64,000 nucleotides of DNA, taken from Marsupella aquatica. Its lineage: Eukaryota > Plantae > Marchantiophyta. Numbering within the stretch: the stretch's first letter is position 1; each line of letters begins with the position of its first letter. Where the stretch lies: contig OZ316895.1 in NCBI GenBank assembly GCA_973895155.1, forward strand, positions 17,687,437 to 17,751,436, written 5' to 3'. This document shows positions 46,601 to 60,578 of the stretch, piece after piece. Made by a program: the position numbers and the translations under genes. Below the pieces are notes generated by a model that was not told the origin of the DNA, ran no database searches, and worked only from the letters and a program-made list of their open reading frames with translations.

Positions 46601-49600
46601 GAGAAGCACATGCAAGGGTTGTGGAGGGTGAGTGAGTGTGTTGGTGGGGTGTAGTGGTGGGAGGTTTCTCCTCGGCCCCTGGCTGATTCCTTTTGGGGCT
46701 CTGGTCCAACCCTGAGCTCTCCCTCCTGGGCCTGGGTATGATCCCCCTTGTGGGCTACCCTACACAGGTGCATGCTCCAGAGTTGATCATCTATCCTTTG
46801 TTGGATGGGTATTGATCCTTTGTTGCATGGGTCAGCTTTTGGTTTCAAGGTAATCTGTTCACATCACACAGATGACATAGATAAGTGAAATGTGCAAGAA
46901 AGATGACAATCATATTTAAAAATTTGTAGGTCTCTCAATTCTCAATGAAATTTGAAAATAATTATTAGGCTCATTGGAAAAAGATTTCCAAGCCATTTCT
47001 AGCAAACCCGAGAAAATAAGATTCCATTGGATAGAGGTAGATACTCATTGTCAAAGTTAGCTCTTGAAAAACATTTGGAAGCCTAAATTGTGCACAATGA
47101 GTGATGGAACAATGTTTAGAAATTCATAACTTTTGTCAAAAGTAGACAAATTAGTGTAAGGCATTTACTCATATGCCTAGAGTTATGAGTGTAGCCATAG
47201 TTAGGCTAAACATAGTTACATACTTGGTTAGGTTAGTTGTATTACTACTATGAAAAAATACTTTAATGAAAAATAGAGTATGTAATTTTTATACATATTC
47301 AAAGTTTATTATTCTACTAAATTTTATCTCTTATTGATTAGTTTTATTCTGGGCAGGCATAGGCAGACATTTGATTTGACATTGGAAGAGTGTTTAAGTG
47401 ATTTGATGGTGCCAAAAATATTGGTTTCTGGGGAAGGCCAGGATTGGCTCCCGCTGTTTTCTGAATGTGTCAACCAAAGAAGTACTATTTTTGGTGGGAT
47501 AAGATATTATACTACTATAGTGGTTGATTTCAACTCAGACAAGAGAATTGTCGTCTTAAGCTACTACAAGACAAAATACTAAGCAAATTCCAAGATGATA
47601 ATACTATATTATATGGGAGAATCTCACCTCACACCATGCTAGGCCTTTCATGGACACCCAATTTGGCGTTCCTGTCGTATAACATGGCACCCAACCAGCC
47701 CCAAAGTAATTGGTAATAAGGTTGGGGGAGATCCAGTTCTTAACTTCTTATCGACTCCGCCAATGTGTTGTACACTGAAGGCAACTCGTGACTAGTCGCC
47801 AAAGGTTTTGGAATTTTATGCCACCTGCTCCAGTAACTGGGGTCATCATCAACTTCTCTCTATTGTAGCCTGGGGTCCACTCATGCATCCCTGCCATTCT
47901 ACACTTTCTCTCCATCGAACGGTACACAATCCCTTGCGCGGTGCTGTCACTCCTGTCAGGCTGTCACACCGTGGTGTGTTGTTCATGAGAATGATACCCG
48001 ACAAATTCAGATTGCAGACCGTACCGTGTAAACGGAGGGACCGTACCGTGTCATACATTGTGGTACGGCAAATCCACAGCCTGCTCCTTGCTCTCGAAAG
48101 AGGCGACTTTACGGAAAGAAATAACTGATAAAAGAAGTTTCCAAGCGAAGGGGACAAAGACACGGAATAATAATCTTCTGCAACCGCCCCCTACCGAGCG
48201 GTAACTTTCCAAAGGACGTAGGTGCCTTTGCTCTAACCTTTGCCTTAGAATACGAAGAAACAGGTAAACGAACTTTCCAAAGGAAGTATACTGAAAAAGG
48301 GGAAGTATAACCTTGCCCTGGGACTACAAAATTAAAGAAACCCCTCTTCCCGTGCCTTCCCCGTTTGGCCAAAAAATATATAATTTTAAAAATTTGGGAC
48401 CTGTTCGAAAACTATTTCAGAGTGCTTTAAAATTTCTAAAGAGTTTTAAATTCAATTTTGTGTAATTTGAGGAAACATTTTAGATTTTTTACTAAATCTC
48501 AACAGAGTTTTACTCTGAAAATTATTTGAACAGTAAACACTGAATTTTCCAGGAAGCTGTAAAGCAAGCCTTCATGGACAAAGAGGTTTATTCAGATGAC
48601 CAGGATGGACACAACCATGTGACACTGTAAGAAGAATCACCAATTACACCAAACAAATGGTACAGTCTCTCATTAATTAACGGAAGGAGAGATGGAGTCG
48701 GCTAGAATCGAGAAGCACCAATAGAGAATTGAGAAGCACCATCAGAGGATCAAAATACCTTGGCTGATGCATAAGAACCATAGCCATGACTCGCATCTTA
48801 CACCTAGTCCGGATTTCCAAACTCCTAAGTAGGTTACTTTGGCAAATCATAGTAAGGACCGTGTGCCTTTGTTGCAAGGAGGAAAATTGGACAGACTACC
48901 GGAGGAATCAACTGAAAACCACTGGTCCCGGTCATATACCCCCTTACAGGTCACTTTGGGAGTACAATTAAAAAATGTGTTATAGGAGCAAAAAATGAAA
49001 TTGGGTTGTGTCTATCTGGGTTGTGTGTGTCAATCTGGGTTGTCTTCCAAAGGTATGTGTCCATGAGAACTTTAAGTTTGAATTTCCAGACTAACCATAT
49101 TTTTAAATTAAAAACCACAACCAAAATAATGCCATGTTTTAAGAAAGGATGGACCACCATGTTGGACACATGCTTCCATGCACCACAATGGTGCTGGTCC
49201 ATGGGAGTTTGGGCCCATAATTTGAGGATAAGCATATATCTCTAGAAGGATTGCACTACGATACTTTGGCGGTTTAGGTCTGTGGGGACGCCTTTACGTA
49301 TGACTCCGGCACCAATGAAAGGTGAGGATTTCGCCCTGGCTATGATGGCAATGTGATGATCGTCGATCTCAGTCCGACTCCTCATCTATTTTCTAGCCTT
49401 ACAAAATAATCTTTCTTAGGAGAAAGGCAGACAGGGATCCCGGAACCAGGTCTGGAAGAAAACGTTGTGCAATACTCCGTACAGAAGAAGGATGTCCTCG
49501 TTCCTTGGATTCGTCGTTACACGAGACTTCATCCAAAGCGTTCTTTAATGGTTCGCATGTCAAAGTACGGTACATGCTAGTTCTAACTCCTTCACGAGGA

Positions 49601-52600
49601 CTGGGGTTCCCGTGAAAAAACCATCACAAGTTGTTTTTCACTGTAGCCACTTTGGCGACAGCCCATTTCATAAGTTCAGTGGGGTGGCGACGGCGTGACT
49701 CTAAAGGTTTCTGCACTTTCGCCAGATCGGCAATGTCACCTTGTCTGAAAAGAGAAGATGTTACGAATTTTCTTTATCTAACTATATTCTATTATTTTTT
49801 GTCCGTCACATATACCTCATTAATATGACCATAGATTCTGACAAACGTGGCTATGTGGCAATTGGATGAAAGACAATCTAGTCAATTTTAGCCAAAAGTG
49901 GAAATGTTTTTTAGAAAGGTAGAATCTAGTTAATTTTGCCACTAAAAAAAGGCAAGTTTGCCACCTCATTGAACCATCGCTTAGGTGGGTAAACTTTCAC
50001 TCACCCAGGGTCTATTTTTGGCAAGTTAGAGTTTCTAACCTTCTATGAACAAAGATATTTGGCTGGTGACTAAAATTCAAGTTCTGTCAGAATTTCGGGT
50101 GAGTTAAAAAGTAATAGTTTAAGAAGAGCTGGCCAGTAAAAGAAGTTCTAGGAGGAGCCGAGGAGAGCAGCATGTACAAAGGACATTGCAATTGTGGTTA
50201 CTTAGGTTTGCCCAAAAAGATTAATTTTTTAAAAATGTGGCTTCTCAAAAACTTAAGGTCGGCTGAAAAAAATTGCTGACAATCTCAGGTCATGGGAAGG
50301 AACAAAAATTCAGACTTGACAGCCTCAAAGCTTCACACGAGGCATTAACACAGTCTTGATCTCAACGAGCAAAATGAGTTTTTTGTACATTGCCAAGATA
50401 ACTAGAATGATGTCACATAGAAAATATGAGGCTATATTGTCTCGTTGGTTGCAATTGCAGTTTAGCGTGTCCCAATGTAACCTCTCGTTTTTACGACAAC
50501 TTCATCTGGAAAGAATATGTATACTTGACAAGAGTAACCTCTGGTAGGCAATGAATACCATGCTGAGATACAAGAAGGTCCATTGAATCAAGAGACTTGG
50601 ATGCCCTGGAGGCCATTTGTGCCCTCTTTCAAAGGCTACTGCAACAATGGCAATGAAAGAACACCAGGCAAAATAACTTATTTGAGTATTTTTGTTGACT
50701 ATTTATATATTTATATATGTCAGTTCAGCCTGCCCATCAACTGGGTAATCATTACCTGGCTTCAAAAGTTCCAAAATTTGGGAAATTTAACAAAGTAGAT
50801 AAAGTGTGCCTAAAGGTAAGCCCAGCGGGGGTGCTATTTGGGAAAAGTGGCATCTGAATTTGAAAAATGTGGTTAAGCGTGGGATAGCTAGGAGTTAGTG
50901 ATTTAGAATGTGTGAATTTCAGCCATTCCCCAGGGGAACAAGGTAAAATTTTGATGAGTTTGGTAATAATAGGATGTCCTTCACAATTTGCAAGGGTCAT
51001 GCCTTAATGTTCCTTCAGGTACACAAGTCTTAGAAAACTTCATCTCGGGATAGTCACCGTGGAAGCTAAGGAGGTGTCAAATCCTGTTAACCTGCTGTTC
51101 ACATTCTTAACAGGCACTATAAGTAGCCAAGCAATTTTCTGAAAGAATTCTCATTATCTCCAAAAGGCAGAAGGTTGATGCTCAAATGGACCACAATGTT
51201 TTACCTTAGGATGCGCTGAACCAAACACTTGTTGACACCAAAACATACGAGCATAATGCAGAAGAAAAGTGTTCTTTGCGAAACATTTGTGAGTGATTTA
51301 TGCAGGTAGTAAAGGTCCATCAAACAAAAGGCATGATGAATGATTGATACCGCTCCCCCGAACACGTGGTGTTGTATTCAAATAGTGGGCCATGGGGCAC
51401 TCTGTGAATAGTGTGATCGGGGTGTTGTATGCATGTTTTGATGAGATGTTTTACTTTTCAGTGCTTGCGGCATTGTGCTTGGATGTTGGAGGATGCAAGC
51501 ATTGTGCTCAAGAATGACTAATGAGCACCGCTTGAGATGAATTTAGGCTGTTAGCAGGACTTAAAGCCATAGAACTGATGTGTCTTAGAGAACAGAGTTT
51601 GAGTTCAACCTCTTCTACTTCCCAACAATATTTACGGACCCCCATGGGAAGTTCTTTCCAAAATTCCTGGATGCCCGTGTAGCCACATCAGCATGATTTG
51701 TCACAAACAAGAACCTTTAGGTGTGCAAGAAGAACCAAATTTGATTATTCGTGCTTGAGGCAAGGCAAAGAAAAGCAGTTCTAAAGACCCTATAACTGTA
51801 AAAACAATGGAAAACTTAAAAGTAACATTTCAAGTAAACAAAAAAAAATGGTAAAATAGAGGTGAAAGAAAATAATTTTGGGATGAGTTGTGATTGATAT
51901 ATCAATGTTTTTTAGTAATATATTTTAATTTTTGATTTAATTTAAACATTTTTGAAATAAAGAGAAGTAGAAAGAAACTCTTCAACTACTCTAACATTTA
52001 CCAAGGTAACAAAAGAAACCCAAGAAACTTTTCAGCTTCTCTACATTTAGCAAGGTAACTTCAGAAACCCTTTGGCTACTATGGATAGAGGAGTAACAAG
52101 TAAAGCATGATAAGAAACACCATAACTACCATGGGTAGAGCAATATTAAGAGACTCTAAGACCTTTCAACTACTATGGACATAGTGATATTTGCATGAAC
52201 TATGCGGAAAGTTCCATGTATTGTATAGACATAGAGGTGCTAAGGGAAACGTTTTGCATGGAGAATTAACATGTGTATTACTATGAATGTACTCCTATTT
52301 GTCTTCCATTAAATTGTCCTAATTACCTTTAAAATTCACTTAAATTAGAATACTCCATTTAATCTTTGTACTCTCATCTATCTATTCCCATGTGCAACTC
52401 TTCATTGCTCCAAAAGTTTATTAAAACAAGCTTACATAGTCATGGGGTACTCAAACTAATTCCTCCTTAAAGGAATGTGTAGCTAATGTTAAACATTGCA
52501 ATGACACAATTGGAGAGCACAAATTTGTAATACCAAATATGACCTTATAAACCATTAGTACCAAGTCTACTAGTATCATTTGGTAGCACATCTAGGTGAA

Positions 52601-55456
52601 ACATATTTACCACATGCAACACTTCACCATTTGAGCTGTACCTTTTTAAAAGTGCGCTCCAAATGGTCACTATTGCCATTGACTATAGACTGATATGTTG
52701 ACATTCTTCAGATTGCTTTTGAGTGGCATTTGAATTGAGTTGAGTCTCACTGAATGGCATAGAAGGGAATTGAGTTGAAGTGAAACAGAGTTGTTCATAG
52801 TGTCCAAGTGACTCTAAATGTAGCCCCCAATGTTGTGATAGAAAGATATTGTGGTTGGATTCAAATGACTGATAGTACACGAGACCCAATTTTGTCACTT
52901 CTCAGAAATCAGAAACAAATGGGAGCCAATCCTGACCTTCATTAAAAAAGTTATTTTTTATCACCGTCAGTTCCACCCATACAGTCCTTCTATCTCAATC
53001 TATCTCAATTGTTTGCCTGAGGGTCTGCTCTGAGGGTCTTCTTGTGCATGGAACATGGGCTTTGTTTAAACCATCTTGAGTGGATTTAATGTGTTTACAA
53101 GTCACAGGTAGTTGTAGAGATGTAGGAACTATATTTAAAAAATGCAAAAATATGAAGGGGGTTTCCCACCTGTAAGCCAGTTCTCAAGCCAGTTGCATAG
53201 CTTGCTCAAATTGCCGTCTGCTGCTAAAAACAAAACCATTCTTATGCACCAAGCATGGAAGGTGGCCTGGGGATGGCTTTTGTATGATCTGCACAGAGAC
53301 TCCCCAGAACAGACACCATCTTTCTTTTGTTGCCGCTCACACAGGATTGTTTGGCGTTATAATGTCCTATTTTCTAATTATCGTGAAAGGAGCTACTCTA
53401 TCACAGGCTTTCCTAGTCTTATCAATTTGATTGATCAAGTTTGCGGAGGAATCCCCAGCCTTCTGCCACATTGTTTGTTCATTCATGAAGTGATCTAATC
53501 ACTTGGAAGAGTAGGAATGAGACTCAACACCAGCACCATTTTGGCTTCTTTTCTCCCATGATTGCCGCTTTAGGAATAATATGCACACTTGCGCCATCTA
53601 CTGTACATATTCCCACAAGAAACTTGAGAGGCTGCAGTACAGTTTCAAGTGAATGGACAAGGTGCTGGACCATTCTGGAACAGTCTAGGAATGTTTCGCC
53701 TTGGTCTTAAACAAATTTGTGTCTTATTGTTTATATTGGATTAGATATCTTGTCGGGTGATTATCTTTAAGGGTATAGATCGGGTTCAGACACATTGCCC
53801 TACCTGATGTACTTCAATCTAGGATTGGCTTTTGCCACTGTCTATGGTATTTTCTCCTGAGAATCGCATTGGGTTGGGACATTTATGTTGTCTTGTTTGA
53901 TGCTTGTATTTTTCCAGGCAGTCTAAGTCTTATGACAGAAGCTATAATGTATAGATTGAAAGCTCCTCTCAGGCCCACTGAGATCGAGTGACTCTTTTGG
54001 CATAGCCGAGGGTGGGGGTGCAGCAGAATCGAGGGATTAGAGGAAAGTCATTGGAAAACTTAGAAATGTGAATAGTAAGGAATTTCTTTTGGTTCTCATC
54101 TCTGAATAGATTATCAATTCCCTAATATCTAACTAATATAGCGCAATTAAAAAGGAGGGGACAAAAATGACAAGGAGAAAGCATGGAATCTTTTTTCGGA
54201 AGGTTTTTTTCTCTACATCTGTATTTAAGTTAAAGGAATGGGTAATGAGGCGCTAGTGTTCAAAAGTGGTAGTCAAGCTAGTCCATACTATAATTCACAA
54301 TCTAAGTTCGCACTCATCACCTGCTCCACAGAGCGGAAACATAGGCAATGACATCTCTCAGAACAATTTTTCAATATTTAGATCGTTGCTCTGAATACTG
54401 GGCATGGTAAGTATGGGTAGAGCGAGCCCTTCATGGCAGACTCACGGTATTAGGGTTCCTATAGGTTATGGTAGTGGAGAGGTTTTGTTTACCTATGACA
54501 TGAGTGCTGACTAGTGCTTGGAATCGTGCTTTTATTAGAACTTAGTCTTCTTGGCCCCTTAGGACTGTCTTGCACCTGAAAGTCCATGAGGTTCCGGCCA
54601 TCAACATTCCAAAATACGCCCCCTTAAAGCAGACTTTGCTTGGCCACAGGATTCACTTTTTTTTTCTCATTCTCAAATCAAAGATCAAGGGCCAGAAAGT
54701 TTCCTACCCTTGCCCTTGGAAACCCTTAATGATTGTCATCAGAACTGCCAGGAGAGAGGGTTGTGGCCAGTGTTTTTTTTAGTGGCAAAAATTCCACCTA
54801 CCCAAAAATTGTTTGCCACTATTGGCAAAAATTCTCTACTATTTTGCTGTCTCACTAGCAAGTGTTCCACCTAATCCTAGGCCCCATTAGCCAGAATCTA
54901 ATTGTCAGCCTTAAATCTAGGGAGATCTGACAGTCAGAAAATTTATTGACTTGGGGATCTTTTGAGCATCTTCTCCTTCACACATTTTACATTGGCCACT
55001 GTGGCAAAAAAAGTAAAATCCTTAAAAAATAAGCTGGTTGTGGCATGAAAGTCTAGCCCATTCATATATTGTCATCAGTTCACTTAAAGGCCAATTTTTG
55101 GAGGACCTTTTACATGCAAGATAACCCTTATTATTGTCCCTTAGGCAACTTGATTGGGCCTTTGCTGGTCCTCGTTTGACACTTTCAGCTGTTGTACTTT
55201 GAGGGTTTTTCCTCGTAATTAATTCTGGGCACGGCTCACTTTTTCCACATACAAAACAAAAACAACGATGACTTAACTGGACTGTCACATGGAAGGAGTC
55301 AGTTGCAGGGCCTATTTATGTCTGGCAGGCGGAGCAACATAACCAATTAGAAGTACTATTACCTTGAGAAGGTGATGTAAGATGGTCCACCATGTTTGAC
55401 CAAGGGACCTGGATGGAATTAAGAAACTATTGAGACCCAAGAATGTGAGCATTTAT

Positions 55457-58400
55457 CCTCCTCCCCCCCCCCTCCTCCCCCCTCCTCCCCCCGCCTCCCC
55501 CCGCCTCCTCCCCCCCCGCCTCGTGGTCGCCTTTGTGTTTGCTCTTCTTCATTGGATCTCTCTCATCTTCGTGATGACCCCATGCCCGATGTTCTGCCAG
55601 TCCCCCCAGTCTACTGCCCACCCCATCGACGCCCTGGCTCCTCTCCCCAGCCCATTCCCCCTCCACCCCTCCCGCATCCCCCTCCGGCCTCTTCATCCAC
55701 GTCGGTTCCCCCCACCTCCTGTCCAGTCGTTCCCTGCTCCCTCCCCAGACGAGCGTCCCCTGCATACTTGTCCTGAGTGTGGCTGGGTTGGCCTCTCCCT
55801 TCCTCATCACCGCGGGCGGGGCCGGTGCCAACGTCGCCAACAAGCCCAATCCCAGCCCCAGCCCCCTCTTGACCCAGTTAGCTCTGCCCCTCCTTCCTTG
55901 GAGGCTTCCGAGCAGGCATGGAGTTGGGTTCGCTCTCTAGACCCCCTTCCAGCCTACCATCCAGGGTACATTAGACCTCGCCTTTATAACCACATCCCAC
56001 TAGCGTTGCGCCCATTAGTTCGGTCATCCTTGTTGCAACTCATGCAGCTTATCTTGGCGCATCCTATCGAGGTCTCCTATTGGTCTTTACTCATGCTTTT
56101 TCCACAGTGGACTCTTACCCTCCCTAGTCACGGTGGTCGCGTGGGTCATCATGAGACTGCCTCTCGTATCCATCGTTTTCTGCGGGAGATTGGGAACAGT
56201 TTCAGGAAGAGTACTTTCTTCAAGCCCGTTCCTTTACTACCCGTGCTTTGTCTGACCCAGCTCGCCACTCTCATCTTCCAGAGCACAAACGCCTTCGTCA
56301 CTCTTGTCGTTTAGCCCAGGCTTGTGAATATCGTCGTGCAGCCCAAGCCCTATCTCCCACCACACCAGCCCCCCCTGGCGAGGTCACCTTGACGGCCCTT
56401 CAGGATCTCCATCCGCAGCCCTATGATCAGCTCCCTTTGTTCGTGGAGGATTTTGAGCCTGAGGAGGATCTTCAGTTTAGTAGGGACCACTTCACCTATG
56501 CTTTCCTCCATGCTCCGCGTTGCGCGGCTGGTGGCCCCTCTGGCTATGTCTTTGAGCATTTTCGTGATTTATTCCCCCCTGAGGATCCTCAGTCTGGTTT
56601 TCCAGTTTTCTTCTCCTTTTGCCAGTGTATTGCTGCCGGCCGTTTACCTCCTCCCGTCTCTCGGCTTTTGAGTGCTTCTCATTTATTGGCCATGGCTAAG
56701 TCTTCACCGGGTGTTCGGCCCATAGCTATTGGAGAGGTTTTTCTTCGTCTGGTGTCTCGCGCACTTTCATCGTAGTATCGCTCTGCACTATCGGATCATC
56801 TCTCTCCACATCAGTTTGCAGTGGGCGTTCCTGGCGGTTGTGAGACAGTTATTGCGGGTATTCGTACTACCTTGGACCTCCACCCTGATTGGGTTGTCCT
56901 CCAGGTTGATGTCTCCAATGCTTTCAATACGGTTTCTCGGGCAGCAATTTTTCGTGCTTTGAGGGCAGCGGATCCAGACATCCAGTCCCTTATCCCCTTT
57001 GTCCGTTGTTTTTATGGGTTCGAGGCCCCCCTCTTCTATAGTCATCACACCTCTACCGGAGTGTATACCACTCTTTCTTCTGCAGAAGGTACACGTCAGG
57101 GTGACCCTTTGGGTGGGCCTCTTTTTGCCATTGCCCATTTTACTGCTTTACGAGAAGCCTCCGCGGCCCACCCCCAGTGTATCTTCCCCTCCCTTTCAGA
57201 TGACACCCACATCATTGGTCCACCTGTTGCTGTTACTTCTGCCCTCGCCACCCTTTCCACCCATTTGTTGGGCCTCGGTTTACGAGTTCAGCCGGTGAAG
57301 AGTCGTGCATGGAGTCCAGCTGGGTTACCCTCTGATCTTGCGCTTCCCCCTGGGTTCTTACGTCCTACCGACGGTCTTCGGGTCCTTGGCTCCCCAGTCA
57401 GTACCGCCTCCTTTTGCTCATCTTTCATTGCTGACGCTCTCCAGGCTGCCTTAGCCCCTACTCCTATGCTCCCTAAGTTAGCAGACTCTCAGGCAGCATT
57501 TGGGTTGTTGTTGAGATGCATCCACCCTCGTGCGTCCTATTTGGCTCGGACACATCCCCCTACCAAGGATCTTTATCTACACCTCCGAGCGTTTGATGTC
57601 TCCATTCGTGAGACTTTGGCCTCTCTTTTAGGGCCAGGTACTTTACTCTCATCTCCGTGGCTTCATCGACAGCTCAGTCTTCCTATTTCTCACGGTGGTT
57701 TTGGGCTTACTTCCACTGAGCGCCTTGCACCTTTGGCCTTCTTGGGCGCGTGGGCGGCCGCCTTCTCATTGTTGGCAGATCGTTTCCTTACTGAGGATTG
57801 ACCTTTTTTACTTTCATCTCTCATGGAGGTTGAGGAGGGTTCCCTCCCATTTCAGGTTCATTTGCGCACGGCGCGGTCATCATTACCCGATCCTGTTCGA
57901 GCTGCGTTACCTTCATTCCAGGAGTTTTTATCCTTGGACCCCGTTCGTCTTCAGGCAGACCTTGCTGGGCGTATGCACGCTTTCACCCTTTCCAGCATCC
58001 TCACCGAGGCACCTGACACGGACCGAGCTCGGATTCTTTCTTCCGGAGGGAAGGGCGCAGGTGGCTGGCTTCAGGCCAATCCAGTCATTCCTCACCTGCG
58101 GATGTCTTCAGCGGAGTTTGCGACAGCCATGCGTCTTCGTATGGGCTTGCCCCACCCACTTCTTGCTGGTTTACCTCCTACTTGCACTTGTGGGAAGCCT
58201 TGTGATGCCACAGGTGTCCATCTTCTTCGATGCAGTTTGGGCGGCGAAACCATTTTTGTTCACGACGCTGTGAGAGATGCAACTGCTCAGGTTCTCTCTG
58301 GCTCTTTGGTCTGCGCACGGCGGGAGGTGGTGCTCGAGTTACCTGGTCCTCCATCACAGCGGTTACGGGTGGATCTTACCATGGTCCGTGACGGTCACCG

Positions 58401-59085
58401 TACTTTGGCAGATGTAGTGGTGGCAAACCCATTGCACCAAGACATCATTGGGACAGCGGCAACAACGGCAGGGGCAGCAGCATCACGAGCAGCAACAACG
58501 AAGGAGGCCAAATATGCTGCACGAGCTTCATCTGATAGCTTCCTGCCCCTTGCTCTTGAGATATTTGGGCATCTCCATCATCAGTTCGACGGGCTTCTTC
58601 GCCAAGCTGCTCGGGATGTTCACGGCCGCATGGGTCCCACCGGGCCCCCGCTATCTGTTTTGACCACGCACTTTCGCCAACGCATTTCAGTCACCTTACA
58701 GCGTGCTCAAGCTCGGGCCGTCTATCGTCGATCTCTGACAGTGGGTGCTAGTGTGACTCCGCAGCGGCTAGCCCCCCTCGAGGACATTCCTGTCCCACTT
58801 GCCGATCTAGTTTCGACACTTGATGTAGACCACTAGCTTGTTGCCACATTTTCTAGGTATGATGAGGACCTCGGTCCATTGCGGTAGTTTTAGTTCCTCT
58901 TTCTTGGTTTTTAGGGGTTTCCTTTTGCTCACTTCTTTTAGTTCCTCTTTCTTGGTTTTTAGGGTTTCCTTTTGCTCACTTCTTTTGCGTTTGGTTTTGT
59001 CCACTTGGGACCTCTCTTGTTTATTCTTTTGTACTCTATTTGGCCTTTTTCTGTAAAAAGTATGTGTATATTCCCAAAATTTATA
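55457..59085 (+). mobile_element. CRE-clade-like non-LTR retrotransposon (RT plus restriction-like endonuclease), near full length, disrupted
   Basis: N-terminal CPEC..HH..C; RT motifs VRPIAIGEVFLRL, QFAVG..GGCE, DVSNAFNTVSR, GTRQGDPLG..LF, SDDT; zinc knuckle CTCG...H...C; HDAVRD; RVDL..ADV; KEAKY; FLPLALE.FG. One frameshift near 56190 and stops at 56773 and 57799. C-rich 5' end; 3' UTR with a 48-bp duplication. Ends are approximate. Confidence 0.88.
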
Positions 59086-59399
59086 CACACAGAATGACTA
59101 TGTGAGTAAAAAAGGCATAACTTAATGGAGCCTGTCTATCAAAGCCCTTTGTAAAATGTGGTGGTCAATCTAAGCTTCTTCTTTGGTTTGTAAAACCACT
59201 TTTATTGACAATTCTTGAGGTTCTAGCTATGCCTCCATTTTCAAACCCTTAAACATTAATTAACGTTTTGGTCTAAGTCAGGCCTAGAAAGCCATGAAAG
59301 AAGTGGTCTCGTGTTGGATTATATTGTTCTTCCTATACCACATGGGGTACACAATTCACTGAAACACATGGGTTCTTTGCACCAGTTGCATTGACAAAT

Positions 59400-59670
59400 A
59401 TCTTAGGATTAGCTCGTATAGTCTTAGGTTAATTGGCATTAAGGACTGGGGCATAGAGGAGCAAGAAAGTGCTCCTATATGGGACTCATGCTCATTTGTT
59501 GGTGAGCATGCTAGGCACTAGGCTAGCAATCTTGGAATTCATAGTTGGAGGCTTGTGTGGCTGTGGTGACCAAAGCTTAGTAAAGCTCTTGTATTCCCAT
59601 GGACTTAGCCTTGACGAAGGCAAACCATGTATCTCTTACGTCCATGTGTGCATGCTTGTTGGTTTCTTGT
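59400..59670 (+). mobile_element. Highly degenerate fragment of the local Copia LTR family
   Basis: GTAAAGCTCTTGTATTCCCATGGACTTAGCC...TATCTC resembles the LTR core. A further fragment lies at about 47155-47240. Confidence 0.5.
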
Positions 59671-60400
59671 CTGTGTTGGTGCAGGATTTCTCCACAAAAT
59701 ATATGAATTCTAGGGTGGTCTGTTTGTTGACTTTCCTGACACTTTTTAAAAGTGTTTTACATCCGACATGGCTAAGCCACCATGAAAAGTTAACAATATT
59801 AGAGTATACTTACTCAGTGTTTCCACCCCAAAGAGAATGCTGTTTTGGCAAGTCATTGGTGGAGCAGGTTTAAGTTGTGTTATTAAGAAAACAGCATTGT
59901 CATCCTCCAAAAGCATGCCGTAACTTAAAGAAACCAATTATTTATGCTTGAACTCATCCAGCCAACACTCCTCTTAAAGACATAAGGAATTGTCACAGAT
60001 CATTGGGCTGAAGGCTAGTTCTTTTCATGCATTCCAATGCACAATAGATCCACATTGATGAATTTCATTGGATTTTGCTAGGCCAAATCACGAAGATTGC
60101 TTCTTCATAATCAACTACAATCTGGCATTGATTTTGTCTGGCATCATGGTTAACAACAGGTGGGCAAAACTCAAAATAACTTGCCACACATTGGAATCCA
60201 TGGAATCCTAAATTTGATGGGATTTGGGGAAGTTTTTACTCATTTCCCTTTATTTTCTTGTCCTTTTGTTTGGCTGAGGTACGAGGTGCATGCAACTGCC
60301 AGTGAGTGAAAGACCCTAACCCAAGGAATTTCTGAATACACCAAAATACACATAGGCTTTGCACCTAGCCACTTTATGTGAATTTCCATACCAAAATTGT

Positions 60401-60578
60401 GAGGGATTTGCTTGATCGACACCCAAAATGAAACTTGTTACTTGATCGACCCCCTGAGGTCTATCAACGGTCCAGATCTGAGATCGAAAGGTCCATCAAC
60501 AGTCCAGATTGGGGAAAAGTATCGAGGGGGTTGATTAAGCAAACTCTTTCCAGAAAGGGTTTACTAAGCATATCTTTC
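60401..60578. mobile_element. 178-bp Mutator-type MITE, copy 2
   Basis: Closely similar to 45327-45504; 10-bp TSD CCAAAATTGT. Confidence 0.88.

Noticed and set aside
49600-55020. Possible hAT or other DNA-transposon debris (CAGTG...TGGCAAAA motifs)
   Set aside because: No paired TIRs, TSD or convincing transposase motif found.
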